64,000 bases of DNA from an archaeon (GTDB lineage Archaea; Nanobdellota; Nanobdellia; Woesearchaeales; UBA9642), in assembly GCA_043806035.1 (NCBI GenBank), contig JAZDHK010000016.1:2963-66962 (forward strand), given 5' to 3'. Under the pieces are notes generated by a model, which saw nothing but the letters and a program-made list of their open reading frames with translations, searched no databases and was not told the origin of the DNA. The number at the start of each line of letters is the position of its first letter. The first letter of the stretch is position 1. Positions 1 through 9,404 of this stretch are shown piece after piece. The position numbers and the translations under genes are program-made.

Positions 1-171
1 AATCAGGATGCTGACTTCATCATCGGCGGCTTGCACGGAGTCATGTGTGGAGTTACTGGCAGCTATTTTGCGGCAAAGGAAATGAAGGCGATGATGGAGA
101 GCAAGTATTTCAACATGCCCCAATACAAATTAGCTGACCTTGGCGATCATTGCGGAGACTTAGGCGTATGA
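1..171 (+). CDS. 3' end of an upstream gene (partial, hypothetical); frame 1 open from window start to TGA at 169-171
   Basis: Open frame ...DADFIIGGLHGVMCGVTGSYFAAKEMKAMMESKYFNMPQYKLADLGDHCGDLGV*; no recognisable family. Confidence 0.3.
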   Translation, partial: NQDADFIIGGLHGVMCGVTGSYFAAKEMKAMMESKYFNMPQYKLADLGDHCGDLGV

Positions 172-770
172 AAAAAACAACCCTGCTTATCATTGCGTTA
201 TTGTGCTTGCAGGTAGCGTATGCCACGTGTGACCGGGAAGACTGGTTCTGCGATGCGAGCGAATACGGCTTACGATGGAGCAATAGTGCGGGAACGTGGG
301 ATTTCTTCCTCTGGGATCCTAAAGGGAGCTCTGCCGGCGACCCCACCAAGTATGACATGAACTGGTATCCGTTGGAGCAGTGGGAGTATGATGCGTGCAC
401 GGTCGATTTTAGCAGTGACATCCATTCGAGCATGGCAAGCAGTGACGTGAGCGGGGAGAGCAAAGTCTATGACATCACCATACAAGCAACTGCACTGAGG
501 AAGAACATCACACAGCTTTCTGAGAATCTCACGTTCGAGACCATGACTAGCTATGAGTTCGAATGGTACGTGCAGCCGCCGTACGGCGACCAAGCGTATC
601 AGGTTGTCCTCAAGTCAGGCAGCACAGAAACAGTCCTGAAAGAGGACACAGCAAACTACATTACCGGCAGCGCGGGCTACCATCAAGAATACACGATAAA
701 TCAGTATGACCGACTGCTCATAAAATACAATGATCAAGAGTTCAACATTCCTGTGAGGTGGACGCAATGA
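150..770 (+). CDS. secreted hypothetical protein (N-terminal signal peptide, several Cys)
   Basis: MRRLRRMKKTTLLIIALLCLQVAYATC... hydrophobic h-region after a basic n-region; first gene of a + strand operon with overlapping junctions. Confidence 0.5.
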   Translation: MRRLRRMKKTTLLIIALLCLQVAYATCDREDWFCDASEYGLRWSNSAGTWDFFLWDPKGSSAGDPTKYDMNWYPLEQWEYDACTVDFSSDIHSSMASSDVSGESKVYDITIQATALRKNITQLSENLTFETMTSYEFEWYVQPPYGDQAYQVVLKSGSTETVLKEDTANYITGSAGYHQEYTINQYDRLLIKYNDQEFNIPVRWTQ

Positions 771-1546
771 AGTTCTCCTTTGAGCGGCTGCCGCATGTGT
801 TTCTTGTTGACGTACTTTCCTTCTTCGTTGTCCTTCTAACAGTCATTCTTTTCAGCACGGGCCTGGCCAGCACCATTTTGAAGATCAGTCCTGCCGCAGA
901 GACCATACTCTCCTATCAAGCAGGAGGGATGAGCGAGGAAGCATTCACGACCGTGCTAGCATCGTATGAAAGCTCTATCAGGGCAGTTTTTGCCAGCATC
1001 ACCTTGCTGCTCGTCCTGTTCTTCCTGGTCTTGTGCCTCTTACTGGCCTTATTCAGGGGCATGTCTTGGTCGCTGCTCAAAAAACAAGAACTCACACTCA
1101 AGGGGCTGCTGCGAATAACCTTGGCTACGCTGTATTTCGGCATTGCGTCCTTGCTGCTCGCGGTCATCGTGCTCTTGCTTGTCATCAAGACCAGCACCGT
1201 CATCGGGGCAATACTCATTTTCATCTACGTGTTGCTCTTCCTGCACTTCAGCCCGTTCGTCTTCAGCGCCTTTAACCCGAAAATTGGCCCGTTCAAGAAC
1301 TTCTTGAGTGTATTCACGAAAGGCATACTCGTGCACAAGTACTGGCTGTTCTATCTGCTCTGCATTGCAGGGCTTGTCGCCTGCGCCATACTGACGTACC
1401 TTGCCCGGTTCATCCATGATGTTGCGAGCGTCATCGTCCTGCTCATCAGCGCCTACACGTACTGGTTCCTTGCACGACAATACCACGTACACATCACTGT
1501 CGGACGTGACAAGAAAAGAAAAATTATGCACAAGAGGAGAGCATGA
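767..1546 (+). CDS. polytopic integral membrane protein (hypothetical)
   Basis: ATGA overlap with the upstream stop; more than 6 predicted hydrophobic helices; basic C-terminal tail. Confidence 0.5.
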   Translation: MKFSFERLPHVFLVDVLSFFVVLLTVILFSTGLASTILKISPAAETILSYQAGGMSEEAFTTVLASYESSIRAVFASITLLLVLFFLVLCLLLALFRGMSWSLLKKQELTLKGLLRITLATLYFGIASLLLAVIVLLLVIKTSTVIGAILIFIYVLLFLHFSPFVFSAFNPKIGPFKNFLSVFTKGILVHKYWLFYLLCIAGLVACAILTYLARFIHDVASVIVLLISAYTYWFLARQYHVHITVGRDKKRKIMHKRRA

Positions 1547-3687
1547 AAGGGCAAGTGACGATTTTTGTGGTTATTGGCATCGTCTTGCTGCTTGCCGTGG
1601 GCATCTTCATCTTCGTCATCAGCAAGAGTAAGACTGCACCTCCTACCTTGCCTGAGGTGCCTAATGAATTCCAAGCAGTGAGCCAGGTCATGGAGCAGTG
1701 CACGAACCAGTTGGCGGAGCAGGCAGTTCGCAGCATTGGCGAGCATGGTGGCTATCTTGACCCGTTCGACAGGGCATATGCGAGAAGGGATTTCTTGTAT
1801 GACCCTGCAGACCCCACAGCATCAGAGCTCTTGCCGCTAAGCCAGGACTATGCCATTCCGTACTGGTTCCATCTCGAGCCTCCCAATGTGTGCAGGTACT
1901 GTGTCGTAACGTCTGACGCCCCGACGCTCGAGGAAATGGAACGCCAGATACGCTTGTATGTTGAGGAGAACATGGCGGACTGCCTCGACTTCAGCCAATT
2001 GCAGGACTTCACAATAGAAGAGGGCAACGACAGCATTGCCACGGCAAGCATCACTGAATCTGATGTGACTGTGCTCTACAACCACACTCTTTTCATTAAA
2101 AAGAGCGATGGCAAGCAGTACACGCTCAATGCAGTCTTCACAACAGTTAACATTCCGCTAAAAGAGACGTACGCCATCGCAGCGGGATTGACGCAAGGAG
2201 AGATAGAAGGGCAGTTCATCGAGAACCTCATCCTGTACGAGCTCAACACGTACGGCGGTCTGCAATCAAACCAGCTTCCTCCCATGACTGCGCAAATGAC
2301 GCAAGGATACTATTTTGTGCTGTGGAGCCAAACGCGATCAAAACTAAGAATGAAAGAATTGCTCTCCCGAGACATCCCTGCATTGCAAGTGCGAAGCTCT
2401 GCCAACAGCAAGCCAGTCTTAGCACTGAGTTCTGCAGAGCAAGGCTTCTACACGGCTGCGGCGCTTGACTTCTTCCCGAATATCAGCATTGAGAGAACGA
2501 GCATCGACTTCATCTACATGAACTGGAATCCGTACATGGTCATCCAACCCAATAGGGGAGACATCATTTACCCCAGCCAGTATGAGGACAACCCTCCACT
2601 GTACTTGCCTCCCAGCAGGTTCAGTACCTACCAGTACTTCTACGACATATCCGTGCCTGTAGCGGTAGAAATAACCAGAGCCATTCCAGGCAAGGAGCCG
2701 TTCACGTTCGTCTTTGCCCTCGAAGGCAATATCCGGGAGAACAAGCGCATCATGGAGTGGCTGCTCGGCTATGGCACCATCCCTTGGGAGAATGACTTCG
2801 TCAGCATAGGTCAGAACGTCACTGACCCTGGCACGAACAGGACGTATGCCACGCTGCCCTCTCCAAGACTGCTCTGTGAAAACAGGCTATCTTCCCTGAC
2901 GACAGTGCGAACGTATGATGCCAGAACAAGAACTCCCCTTGATAACGTGAGTGTCACGTTCGGCTGCGGCGACTTTGGCAGTTGCCCCATCGGAAGAACG
3001 ACACTGCGGGATGGAAGAGCATTGCTTGCAGCAAAGCTTCCTTTGTGCATGAACGGCTACGTACTGCTCAGCAAGGACGGCTACAGGCCGACCGTACTGC
3101 CATTAACTACACGGGAGACTGAGGAAGTGAGCACGTCAGGATTCCTTGAACGCATCATACAAAAGAATGTGAGCATAAGAGTCATCCCTCTAAACTGGAC
3201 AGGAAGCAGCTTTAGTGCAAGTCCCCAAAGGTCATTGCTGCAAGGAGAGACAGTGATTCTGAACATCATCAAGAACGTGTCAGGATTAGAGGAGGAACAG
3301 GCCAACTCGCTCATCTTTGAAGGGGACGAGGAAAAGACTGCAGACTTCATCACAGGCAAATACACGGTAGAAGGCTTGCTCTTTTCGACAAAAGAAGTCA
3401 TCATTCCAAAGAATTGCGCGCAGCAGTGCATACGCGAATACCCTGTAGTTGGCGGATGCGCAGAACACGCATTCTACCCTCCTGACGATCTCAACCTCAC
3501 CGGCATGCCAGTTGGAGGGATTAGCTACACGTGGAGAATCTACAATGACGACCTTGATGGGCAGAACAAACTCATCGTGTATATTCTTGCCTTGCCCGAC
3601 CCTCCGTGCGTGGCTCAGCTGGAGTGGCAGAACAACTTAGGACAGTATGCTCGGGACTTCATGGCCTTGCCCCGCTTCAGCCAATAA
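1543..3687 (+). CDS. large cell-surface protein with class III (prepilin-like) signal peptide MKGQ
   Basis: N-terminus MKGQVTIFVVIGIVLLLAVGIFIFVISK matches the archaeal type IV pilin signal (K-G|Q, Gln at +1) followed by one TM helix; 714 aa extracellular region with many N-glycosylation sequons and Cys pairs; ATGA overlap with the upstream gene. Confidence 0.6.
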   Translation: MKGQVTIFVVIGIVLLLAVGIFIFVISKSKTAPPTLPEVPNEFQAVSQVMEQCTNQLAEQAVRSIGEHGGYLDPFDRAYARRDFLYDPADPTASELLPLSQDYAIPYWFHLEPPNVCRYCVVTSDAPTLEEMERQIRLYVEENMADCLDFSQLQDFTIEEGNDSIATASITESDVTVLYNHTLFIKKSDGKQYTLNAVFTTVNIPLKETYAIAAGLTQGEIEGQFIENLILYELNTYGGLQSNQLPPMTAQMTQGYYFVLWSQTRSKLRMKELLSRDIPALQVRSSANSKPVLALSSAEQGFYTAAALDFFPNISIERTSIDFIYMNWNPYMVIQPNRGDIIYPSQYEDNPPLYLPPSRFSTYQYFYDISVPVAVEITRAIPGKEPFTFVFALEGNIRENKRIMEWLLGYGTIPWENDFVSIGQNVTDPGTNRTYATLPSPRLLCENRLSSLTTVRTYDARTRTPLDNVSVTFGCGDFGSCPIGRTTLRDGRALLAAKLPLCMNGYVLLSKDGYRPTVLPLTTRETEEVSTSGFLERIIQKNVSIRVIPLNWTGSSFSASPQRSLLQGETVILNIIKNVSGLEEEQANSLIFEGDEEKTADFITGKYTVEGLLFSTKEVIIPKNCAQQCIREYPVVGGCAEHAFYPPDDLNLTGMPVGGISYTWRIYNDDLDGQNKLIVYILALPDPPCVAQLEWQNNLGQYARDFMALPRFSQ

Positions 3688-4831
3688 CATCATCTAAAGT
3701 GTAGTCTGTCTCGTTTGCCGTTGCATTCACCGTAACATAAGTTACGTTCGTCAAGAGGAGAATCTCTTGCGTTTGATTGTTTTGGGCATAGTCAGAAAGT
3801 GTCTTGAAGTAGTAGAGCTTGCTGCACAATTCTGCAGTCGTTGCGTTCGTGAACAAGTTACAGACGGCATAGTTACCTTGGTTCATGAACTGCAACAGGC
3901 AGGAGTCCCTGTCCTCAGCATCAGTTATTGCAGAGCACACATACGGATTGTTGGTCATTCTTGCCTCATTGATGATGCAGCTGGACGTTGTACACGCTGC
4001 AGGGATGACGGGATTTTCATCAATGATGATATCATAATACTCATCAGGAAGACTACTGGGTAAGGGTGTGCTTGAGCCGTTACTTGCGTTCGTTGCGTTT
4101 TGCACGACAGGAGAAGGACGAGAGGGTGTGTTGCTGATGATAGTGATGGAAAAGCTTGCCGTTGCCGTCTTGTCCTCATATGCTGCTTCGGAAAGCACAG
4201 TATACTTGCCTGCCGGCACCCATTTAGGCAAGGTGAGCTCTACGCTACGCCTTACAGAGGTATCGACTGCTATGGTCTCTTTTGCCTCATCCAATACCAC
4301 AGCAGTGCTGTCTACTAGTTTGTGCGTCAAGGTAACGTCAAACCTGCCCTTTCCCAAATTCACCAGGTCTGCGGAAAAACGCACAGTATCTCCTGGAAGG
4401 AGTGTACTTTGCTTGTTGCTTAAGGAATAATCCAGAAGCCCTTGTTTTGTAAAGAGGTGTTGCACGGCAAAAAATCCCCCGCCGATGAACAGGCCGATGA
4501 TGAACAGCGCAAAAATGACTTTGACTATGCTGCCCGTCGCAATATGATGAACGTGCACACTTGTTCCAAAAGCAGCGTCAACGTCTGCAGAAGTATAGCC
4601 TTGCTGGAGCAGCCACTGCCTCACCTGCAAGGGCGCGTAGCCTCTTCTGAGCATGTCCTGGACGTATGAGACAAGTGGTGAAACTGCAGGACTGCTGATC
4701 TGCTGAGAACTTTGCTGAAAGGCAGAAGCTATATCTCTTTCCGCATATCCTGCCCGCTTCAAAGCGAGAATGATTTGTTCTTTAGCATATCCTGCATTGA
4801 GCTGCTGCCGAACGTAATCCTGTAAGCCCAC
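3677..4831 (-). CDS. single-pass membrane protein with N-terminal tandem GY-x3-QI helical repeats and extracellular Ig-like/Thr-Ser-rich region
   Basis: N-terminus contains two ~34-aa repeats (YVRQQLNAGYAKEQIILALKRAGYAERDIASAF / YVQDMLRRGYAPLQVRQWLLQQGYTSADVDAAF), then TM helix VIFALFIIGLFIGGGFFAV, then an S/T/N-rich extracellular tail. Confidence 0.55.
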   Translation of the reverse strand: MGLQDYVRQQLNAGYAKEQIILALKRAGYAERDIASAFQQSSQQISSPAVSPLVSYVQDMLRRGYAPLQVRQWLLQQGYTSADVDAAFGTSVHVHHIATGSIVKVIFALFIIGLFIGGGFFAVQHLFTKQGLLDYSLSNKQSTLLPGDTVRFSADLVNLGKGRFDVTLTHKLVDSTAVVLDEAKETIAVDTSVRRSVELTLPKWVPAGKYTVLSEAAYEDKTATASFSITIISNTPSRPSPVVQNATNASNGSSTPLPSSLPDEYYDIIIDENPVIPAACTTSSCIINEARMTNNPYVCSAITDAEDRDSCLLQFMNQGNYAVCNLFTNATTAELCSKLYYFKTLSDYAQNNQTQEILLLTNVTYVTVNATANETDYTLDDVIG

Positions 4832-4893
4832 GCCACACCCCTTTTTGTCTTCATCGCATTCTTTGTTTTAATGTTTTTCCATAAAGTTTATTA

Positions 4894-7800
4894 ATGTTGC
4901 ATTTGCCAAACGAAATCATGGCAGATGCGAAGAAAGTCACGGCTGAGGACCTTGCCAAGAAGCAGCGGGACATCAGTATCGCAGAGTTCTTCGAGAAGAA
5001 CAGGCACTTGCTCGGCTTTGACAATCTGAGAAAGGCATTGCTCACCACTATCAAAGAAGCGGTGGATAATTCCCTTGATGCCTGTGAGGAAGCAAGGATT
5101 CTCCCAGAAATCAACGTTGAAGTCACGGACATGGGCAATAATCGCTTCAAGGTCACTGTGGAGGATAATGGACCGGGAATCGTCAAAGAACAAATCCCGA
5201 AGATATTCGCCAAGCTCTTGTATGGCAGCAAATTCCATAGCCTGAAACAATCACTTACTGGTGATCAGCCCGTTCTTATAAAAGAAAAGGGCAGGATTCG
5301 AATCGTAAAGATAGGAGAGCTTATTGACAAATACATTCAAGGAGAGGGCGTGTACGATTGCTTTGAAAAAGACATATTCTCCTTATCATTCGATGATGCG
5401 TACAAGTATTCTTTTAGAAAAGTGAGCCATCTGATAAAGCACGGGCGCGAGAACGAGATAGTACACATTAAAACAAGCTACGGCAAGAGCATAAAGGTGA
5501 CTGGCTGCCACAGTATTTTTGGCATCGATCGGAAAACATTGACGGTGAAGGAAATCAGGGCACGCGATCTGAAAAAAGGAGATTTAATACTGGCTCCGAA
5601 GAGAGTAAGTTTTGAAGAAAACGAATGCCAAAGCGAAATCAATGTACTTGATTACATCGACGTTTATGAGGCTAAAAAGCAAGGTTGGTACCTCTATACT
5701 GACAAGGACGAAATAAAAAAAATATTTGCAACTGCAAAAATCGTCCATCAAAAAAAAGACAATGACAAATCAAGAAAACACTACCTTCTCACTAAAAATG
5801 GGAACACAGTTGAAGTGCTTGATGACTCCTATAAACAATATGTGACAAAGGGATTCCTGCCTGTGTGGCTGGCAAAATTTCTCAGAATGAATGAAGGAGC
5901 AATAAGAACATATTTTCACGGAAAAGAATATGCTATTCCAGTAAAATTGCAGGTAACGAATGGGCTTGCAAAGCTCCTTGGCTTATTTGTCGCAGAAGGG
6001 CACGTTGACAGCAGGCAGATTGGCTTCACTTTTTCAAGAACAGAGCGAGACCTGGTACGACTCGTTTGCGAACAGGCGTTCCTGCTCGGCTCAAGCCACA
6101 CTGTAGAAGAGCGACCTGAAAAGAATTGCGTTCGGGTCAAACTGTTCGGAGGCTTGCTGAGCCATCTTTTCCGGACGTGGTGCGGTAAGGGGGCTCACAA
6201 CAAGAAGGTCCCCGAGTTTATATTCACAAGTCCCACAACAATACGTCAAGACTTCATCGATTATCTTTATATTGGAGACGGTCATAACACAAAAAATAGA
6301 AACCAACTCATGCTGACGACAGTTTCAGAAGAGCTTGCAAACCAAGTTGTCTATCTGTGGCTCTTACAGGGTGTTGTTTCGAGCATAACCCGCAGGATAA
6401 GCAAAGGACTAGGAAAGACGCCAAGCAAAATGTGTGTGGTGAGCGTGTATGGGCTGGACATAAACGTTTCAAACTACTTTTCAACAAATAATACGAATCT
6501 AAGGAGAAAAAGAAGACTAACCATGAGTGCAACTAGTCTTGCTAATAAGCTAGGCGCACACATAACTCTTGAAGAAGCGGGCTATCTTGAAAAATTACAG
6601 CTGCTGGACTGGAATAAAGACTATTCTTATGCGGAAATGACTGAGTTTTTTGGCACAGATAAGCCAGGTTATAAACTCAGATACTTGCTCGATAGCAATC
6701 ATCTTACACAAAACTCCTCAAACGGCTATTGTGTGACCTTGCAGCTAGTACAAAGATGTAAAGCATTCGAGCAAATAAAAAAACTTGCCATGTCAGATTT
6801 CTTGTTTTTGGATGTAAAGGAAATTGAAGTAATGCACGATGGATACGAGCACGTTTATGATTTGTCTGTCCCTGCGTGCGAGAATTTCGTAGCAGGTTTT
6901 GGAGGCATAGCTGCCCACAATTCCCGTGGTCAGCAGGGCATTGGAATCTCTGCTGCTGTGATGTATGCACAGTTGACAACAGGCAGACCAGCAAAGATTA
7001 CGAGCAGGACCTCACCTAGCAAGCCTGCCCATTATTACGAATTGCACATCAACAAGCAGACGAACAGTCCTGACATTTTGAAAGATGAGGAACGGGAGTG
7101 GAAGAAAGAGCACGGTACAAAAGTAGAGCTTGATTTGGAAGCGAATTACTTGAAAGGATCACAGAGCGTCGATGAGTATCTCAAGCAGACGGCCATCATC
7201 AACAGCCACATCACCCTCATCTACCTGAATCCAAAAGGAGAGCAGAAGGTCTATGCTCGAGCAACAACCCAGCTTCCTCCTGAACCTAAAGAAGTGAAGC
7301 CTCACCCGCACGGCCTAGAATTTGGTATGCTGCAGAACTTGCTTAAGGGCACGGAATCACGGACGTTGCAGAGCTTCCTCACAAACGACCTCTCAAGAGT
7401 GGGAAGCCAGACGGCAAAGGACATCTGCGATAACGCCCTACTCGACCCGAAGATGAAGCCAGGAAAGCTCATGCATGCCGATGTTGAAAAACTCATCACT
7501 GCCATCAAAAATGCAAAAATAATGGCCCCTTCCGCAGACAGCATCTCACCCATAGGGACGGAGAGCATAGAAAAAGGCATCAGGAAGGAAATCAATGCTG
7601 AATTTTATTGCAGCGTCAGCAGGCCTCCCTCAGTGTATAGGGGAAATCCATTCCAGATAGAAGTTGCAATAGCGTATGGCGGCGAGCAGCCAGGCGACCA
7701 GACAGCGAACGTCATTCGATTCGCCAACCGCGTCCCACTACTCTATCAGCAAGGCGCATGTGCGATAAGCAAGAGCATCATGACCACGAACTGGAAAGCA

Positions 7801-8259
7801 TATGGCCTGAACCAGAGCAACAACCAACTGCCCGTGGGTCCCCTGACCATTCTCGTCCATATCGCAAGCGTCTGGGTTCCCTTCACGTCAGAGAGCAAGG
7901 AAGCCATAGCACACTACCCTGAAATCATAAAAGAAATTAAGCTTGCCCTACAAGAGGCGGGTAGAAAATTGCAGACGTACGTTCATAAGAAGAAAAGAGT
8001 TGGTGTTGAGCTGCAGAAAAGAAGCTACATAGAGAAGTACATTCCCGCGGTTGCCGAAAGCATCATCACCTTGGCTGAACTCAAGAAGGAAGAGAAAGGA
8101 AAGATTGAAGAACATCTCAAGGACATCCTGGAACGGCACAGAGGGGAGCTTGAGGACATGAGCTTTGATGAGGACAAGAATGCAGAGTACAAAGAGGAAT
8201 TGGCAGCAAGGCGTACAGCTGATCTGGACACGGATGATGAGCAGAAGGAGGATGACTGA
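4894..8259 (+). CDS. top6B: DNA topoisomerase VI subunit B, interrupted in-frame by a 557-aa intein (extein 564 aa)
   Basis: N-extein has DNGPGI (GHKL G1 box) and FAKLLYGSKFH. After the insertion the sequence resumes SRGQQGIGISAAV (ATP-lid G2 box). The remainder matches the Top6B transducer domain and ends in an acidic C-terminal tail. Confidence 0.9.
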   Translation: MLHLPNEIMADAKKVTAEDLAKKQRDISIAEFFEKNRHLLGFDNLRKALLTTIKEAVDNSLDACEEARILPEINVEVTDMGNNRFKVTVEDNGPGIVKEQIPKIFAKLLYGSKFHSLKQSLTGDQPVLIKEKGRIRIVKIGELIDKYIQGEGVYDCFEKDIFSLSFDDAYKYSFRKVSHLIKHGRENEIVHIKTSYGKSIKVTGCHSIFGIDRKTLTVKEIRARDLKKGDLILAPKRVSFEENECQSEINVLDYIDVYEAKKQGWYLYTDKDEIKKIFATAKIVHQKKDNDKSRKHYLLTKNGNTVEVLDDSYKQYVTKGFLPVWLAKFLRMNEGAIRTYFHGKEYAIPVKLQVTNGLAKLLGLFVAEGHVDSRQIGFTFSRTERDLVRLVCEQAFLLGSSHTVEERPEKNCVRVKLFGGLLSHLFRTWCGKGAHNKKVPEFIFTSPTTIRQDFIDYLYIGDGHNTKNRNQLMLTTVSEELANQVVYLWLLQGVVSSITRRISKGLGKTPSKMCVVSVYGLDINVSNYFSTNNTNLRRKRRLTMSATSLANKLGAHITLEEAGYLEKLQLLDWNKDYSYAEMTEFFGTDKPGYKLRYLLDSNHLTQNSSNGYCVTLQLVQRCKAFEQIKKLAMSDFLFLDVKEIEVMHDGYEHVYDLSVPACENFVAGFGGIAAHNSRGQQGIGISAAVMYAQLTTGRPAKITSRTSPSKPAHYYELHINKQTNSPDILKDEEREWKKEHGTKVELDLEANYLKGSQSVDEYLKQTAIINSHITLIYLNPKGEQKVYARATTQLPPEPKEVKPHPHGLEFGMLQNLLKGTESRTLQSFLTNDLSRVGSQTAKDICDNALLDPKMKPGKLMHADVEKLITAIKNAKIMAPSADSISPIGTESIEKGIRKEINAEFYCSVSRPPSVYRGNPFQIEVAIAYGGEQPGDQTANVIRFANRVPLLYQQGACAISKSIMTTNWKAYGLNQSNNQLPVGPLTILVHIASVWVPFTSESKEAIAHYPEIIKEIKLALQEAGRKLQTYVHKKKRVGVELQKRSYIEKYIPAVAESIITLAELKKEEKGKIEEHLKDILERHRGELEDMSFDEDKNAEYKEELAARRTADLDTDDEQKEDD
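5251..6921 (+). mobile_element. intein with LAGLIDADG homing-endonuclease domain inside top6B
   Basis: Junctions KQ|SLTGDQPVLI ... FVAGFGGIAAHN|SRGQQ. Splicing blocks: A (SLTGDQPV), B (VTGCHSIFGI), F/G (VYDLSVPACENFVAGFGGIAAHN followed by +1 Ser). Two LAGLIDADG motifs (LAKLLGLFVAEGHVD, FIDYLYIGDGHNT). The central part is conspicuously A-rich compared with the host gene. Confidence 0.85.
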
Positions 8260-9341
8260 TGAATCCTGTCGTTGAGAAGATGATGAAGCTGGCAAAGGAC
8301 ATGCATCAGGACATTCTCAAGGATAACCAGCCGAAGATAACCTCTCCACTGCGAAGCTTGAACAATGTGACGTATGATGACAAGAAAGGTTATTTTGAGT
8401 TGCTCGGCAAGGTCAAGACAAGAACGCTCACGGCAAGCAGTATGAAGACGTTTGCGCAGACGCTCAAGATGATGGAGCTCAGCAAGCAGCTCATCAACAC
8501 AAAAGACATTGCAGCAAAGAGGGACGTGTACTATCAGAGCAAGAATTGGGGCGATGCCAAATTTACTGAGCAGCCTGAGTCTGACGCGATTATGGATGAT
8601 GTCGAAGCCATGCTTACTGTGAACAGGGAACAGCTTGGCTTTGTCCCCGATGAGGACGGTTCGTCCGTTGCTGGAGAACTCATTATTGTCGACAAAGATC
8701 CGGAAACGGGCAACCCAGTCGAGATAGACTGCACAAAGCTAGGCACGGGTGGCTATAACATCCCGAATAGTGTCGAGCATTTCAAGTTCAAAACGAAGGC
8801 AAAGTTTGTATTGGCTATAGAGACGTCGGGTATGTTTCAGCGCTTGAACTACCACAAGTATTGGAGGAAGCAGAACTGCATCCTTGTTTCACTTAAAGGC
8901 GTGCCGAGCAGGGCTACACGGCGGTTCTTGAGGAAGCTCAGTGATGAGAATGCCCTGCCCATCTACGTGTTCACGGACGGCGATCCATACGGATACTTGA
9001 ACATCTACAGAACGCTGAAAGTTGGTTCGGGTAATGCCGCACACATTAACAAGTTCTTCTGCGTGCCCAACGCAAAATATTTAGGAGTCACTCCTCAGGA
9101 CATCATCGATTACAAGTTGCCGACACACGCGCTCAAGGATATTGACATCAAACGAGTGAAGGATGGCATGAAGAACGATCCATTCGTCATGCACTATAAA
9201 GAATGGCAGAAAGCGCTCAAGCAGCTCGTGGACATGAAGAAGAGAGCTGAGCAGCAGGCTCTTGCAGCATGGGGCCTCAATTTCGTGATGTCAGACTACC
9301 TGCCACAAAAGCTCAAAAACCCGAAGAGCTGGCTGCCGTGA
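8259..9341 (+). CDS. top6A: DNA topoisomerase VI subunit A (Spo11 family)
   Basis: 360 aa; start codon overlaps the top6B stop (ATGA); Toprim/winged-helix regions typical of Top6A (e.g. YVFTDGDPYGY). Confidence 0.9.
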   Translation: MNPVVEKMMKLAKDMHQDILKDNQPKITSPLRSLNNVTYDDKKGYFELLGKVKTRTLTASSMKTFAQTLKMMELSKQLINTKDIAAKRDVYYQSKNWGDAKFTEQPESDAIMDDVEAMLTVNREQLGFVPDEDGSSVAGELIIVDKDPETGNPVEIDCTKLGTGGYNIPNSVEHFKFKTKAKFVLAIETSGMFQRLNYHKYWRKQNCILVSLKGVPSRATRRFLRKLSDENALPIYVFTDGDPYGYLNIYRTLKVGSGNAAHINKFFCVPNAKYLGVTPQDIIDYKLPTHALKDIDIKRVKDGMKNDPFVMHYKEWQKALKQLVDMKKRAEQQALAAWGLNFVMSDYLPQKLKNPKSWLP

Positions 9342-9404
9342 ACACGTAGTTCTTGCATAGCTTATTTCACAGCATATTTAAACCATCAACCACTCACTTT
9401 TTCC

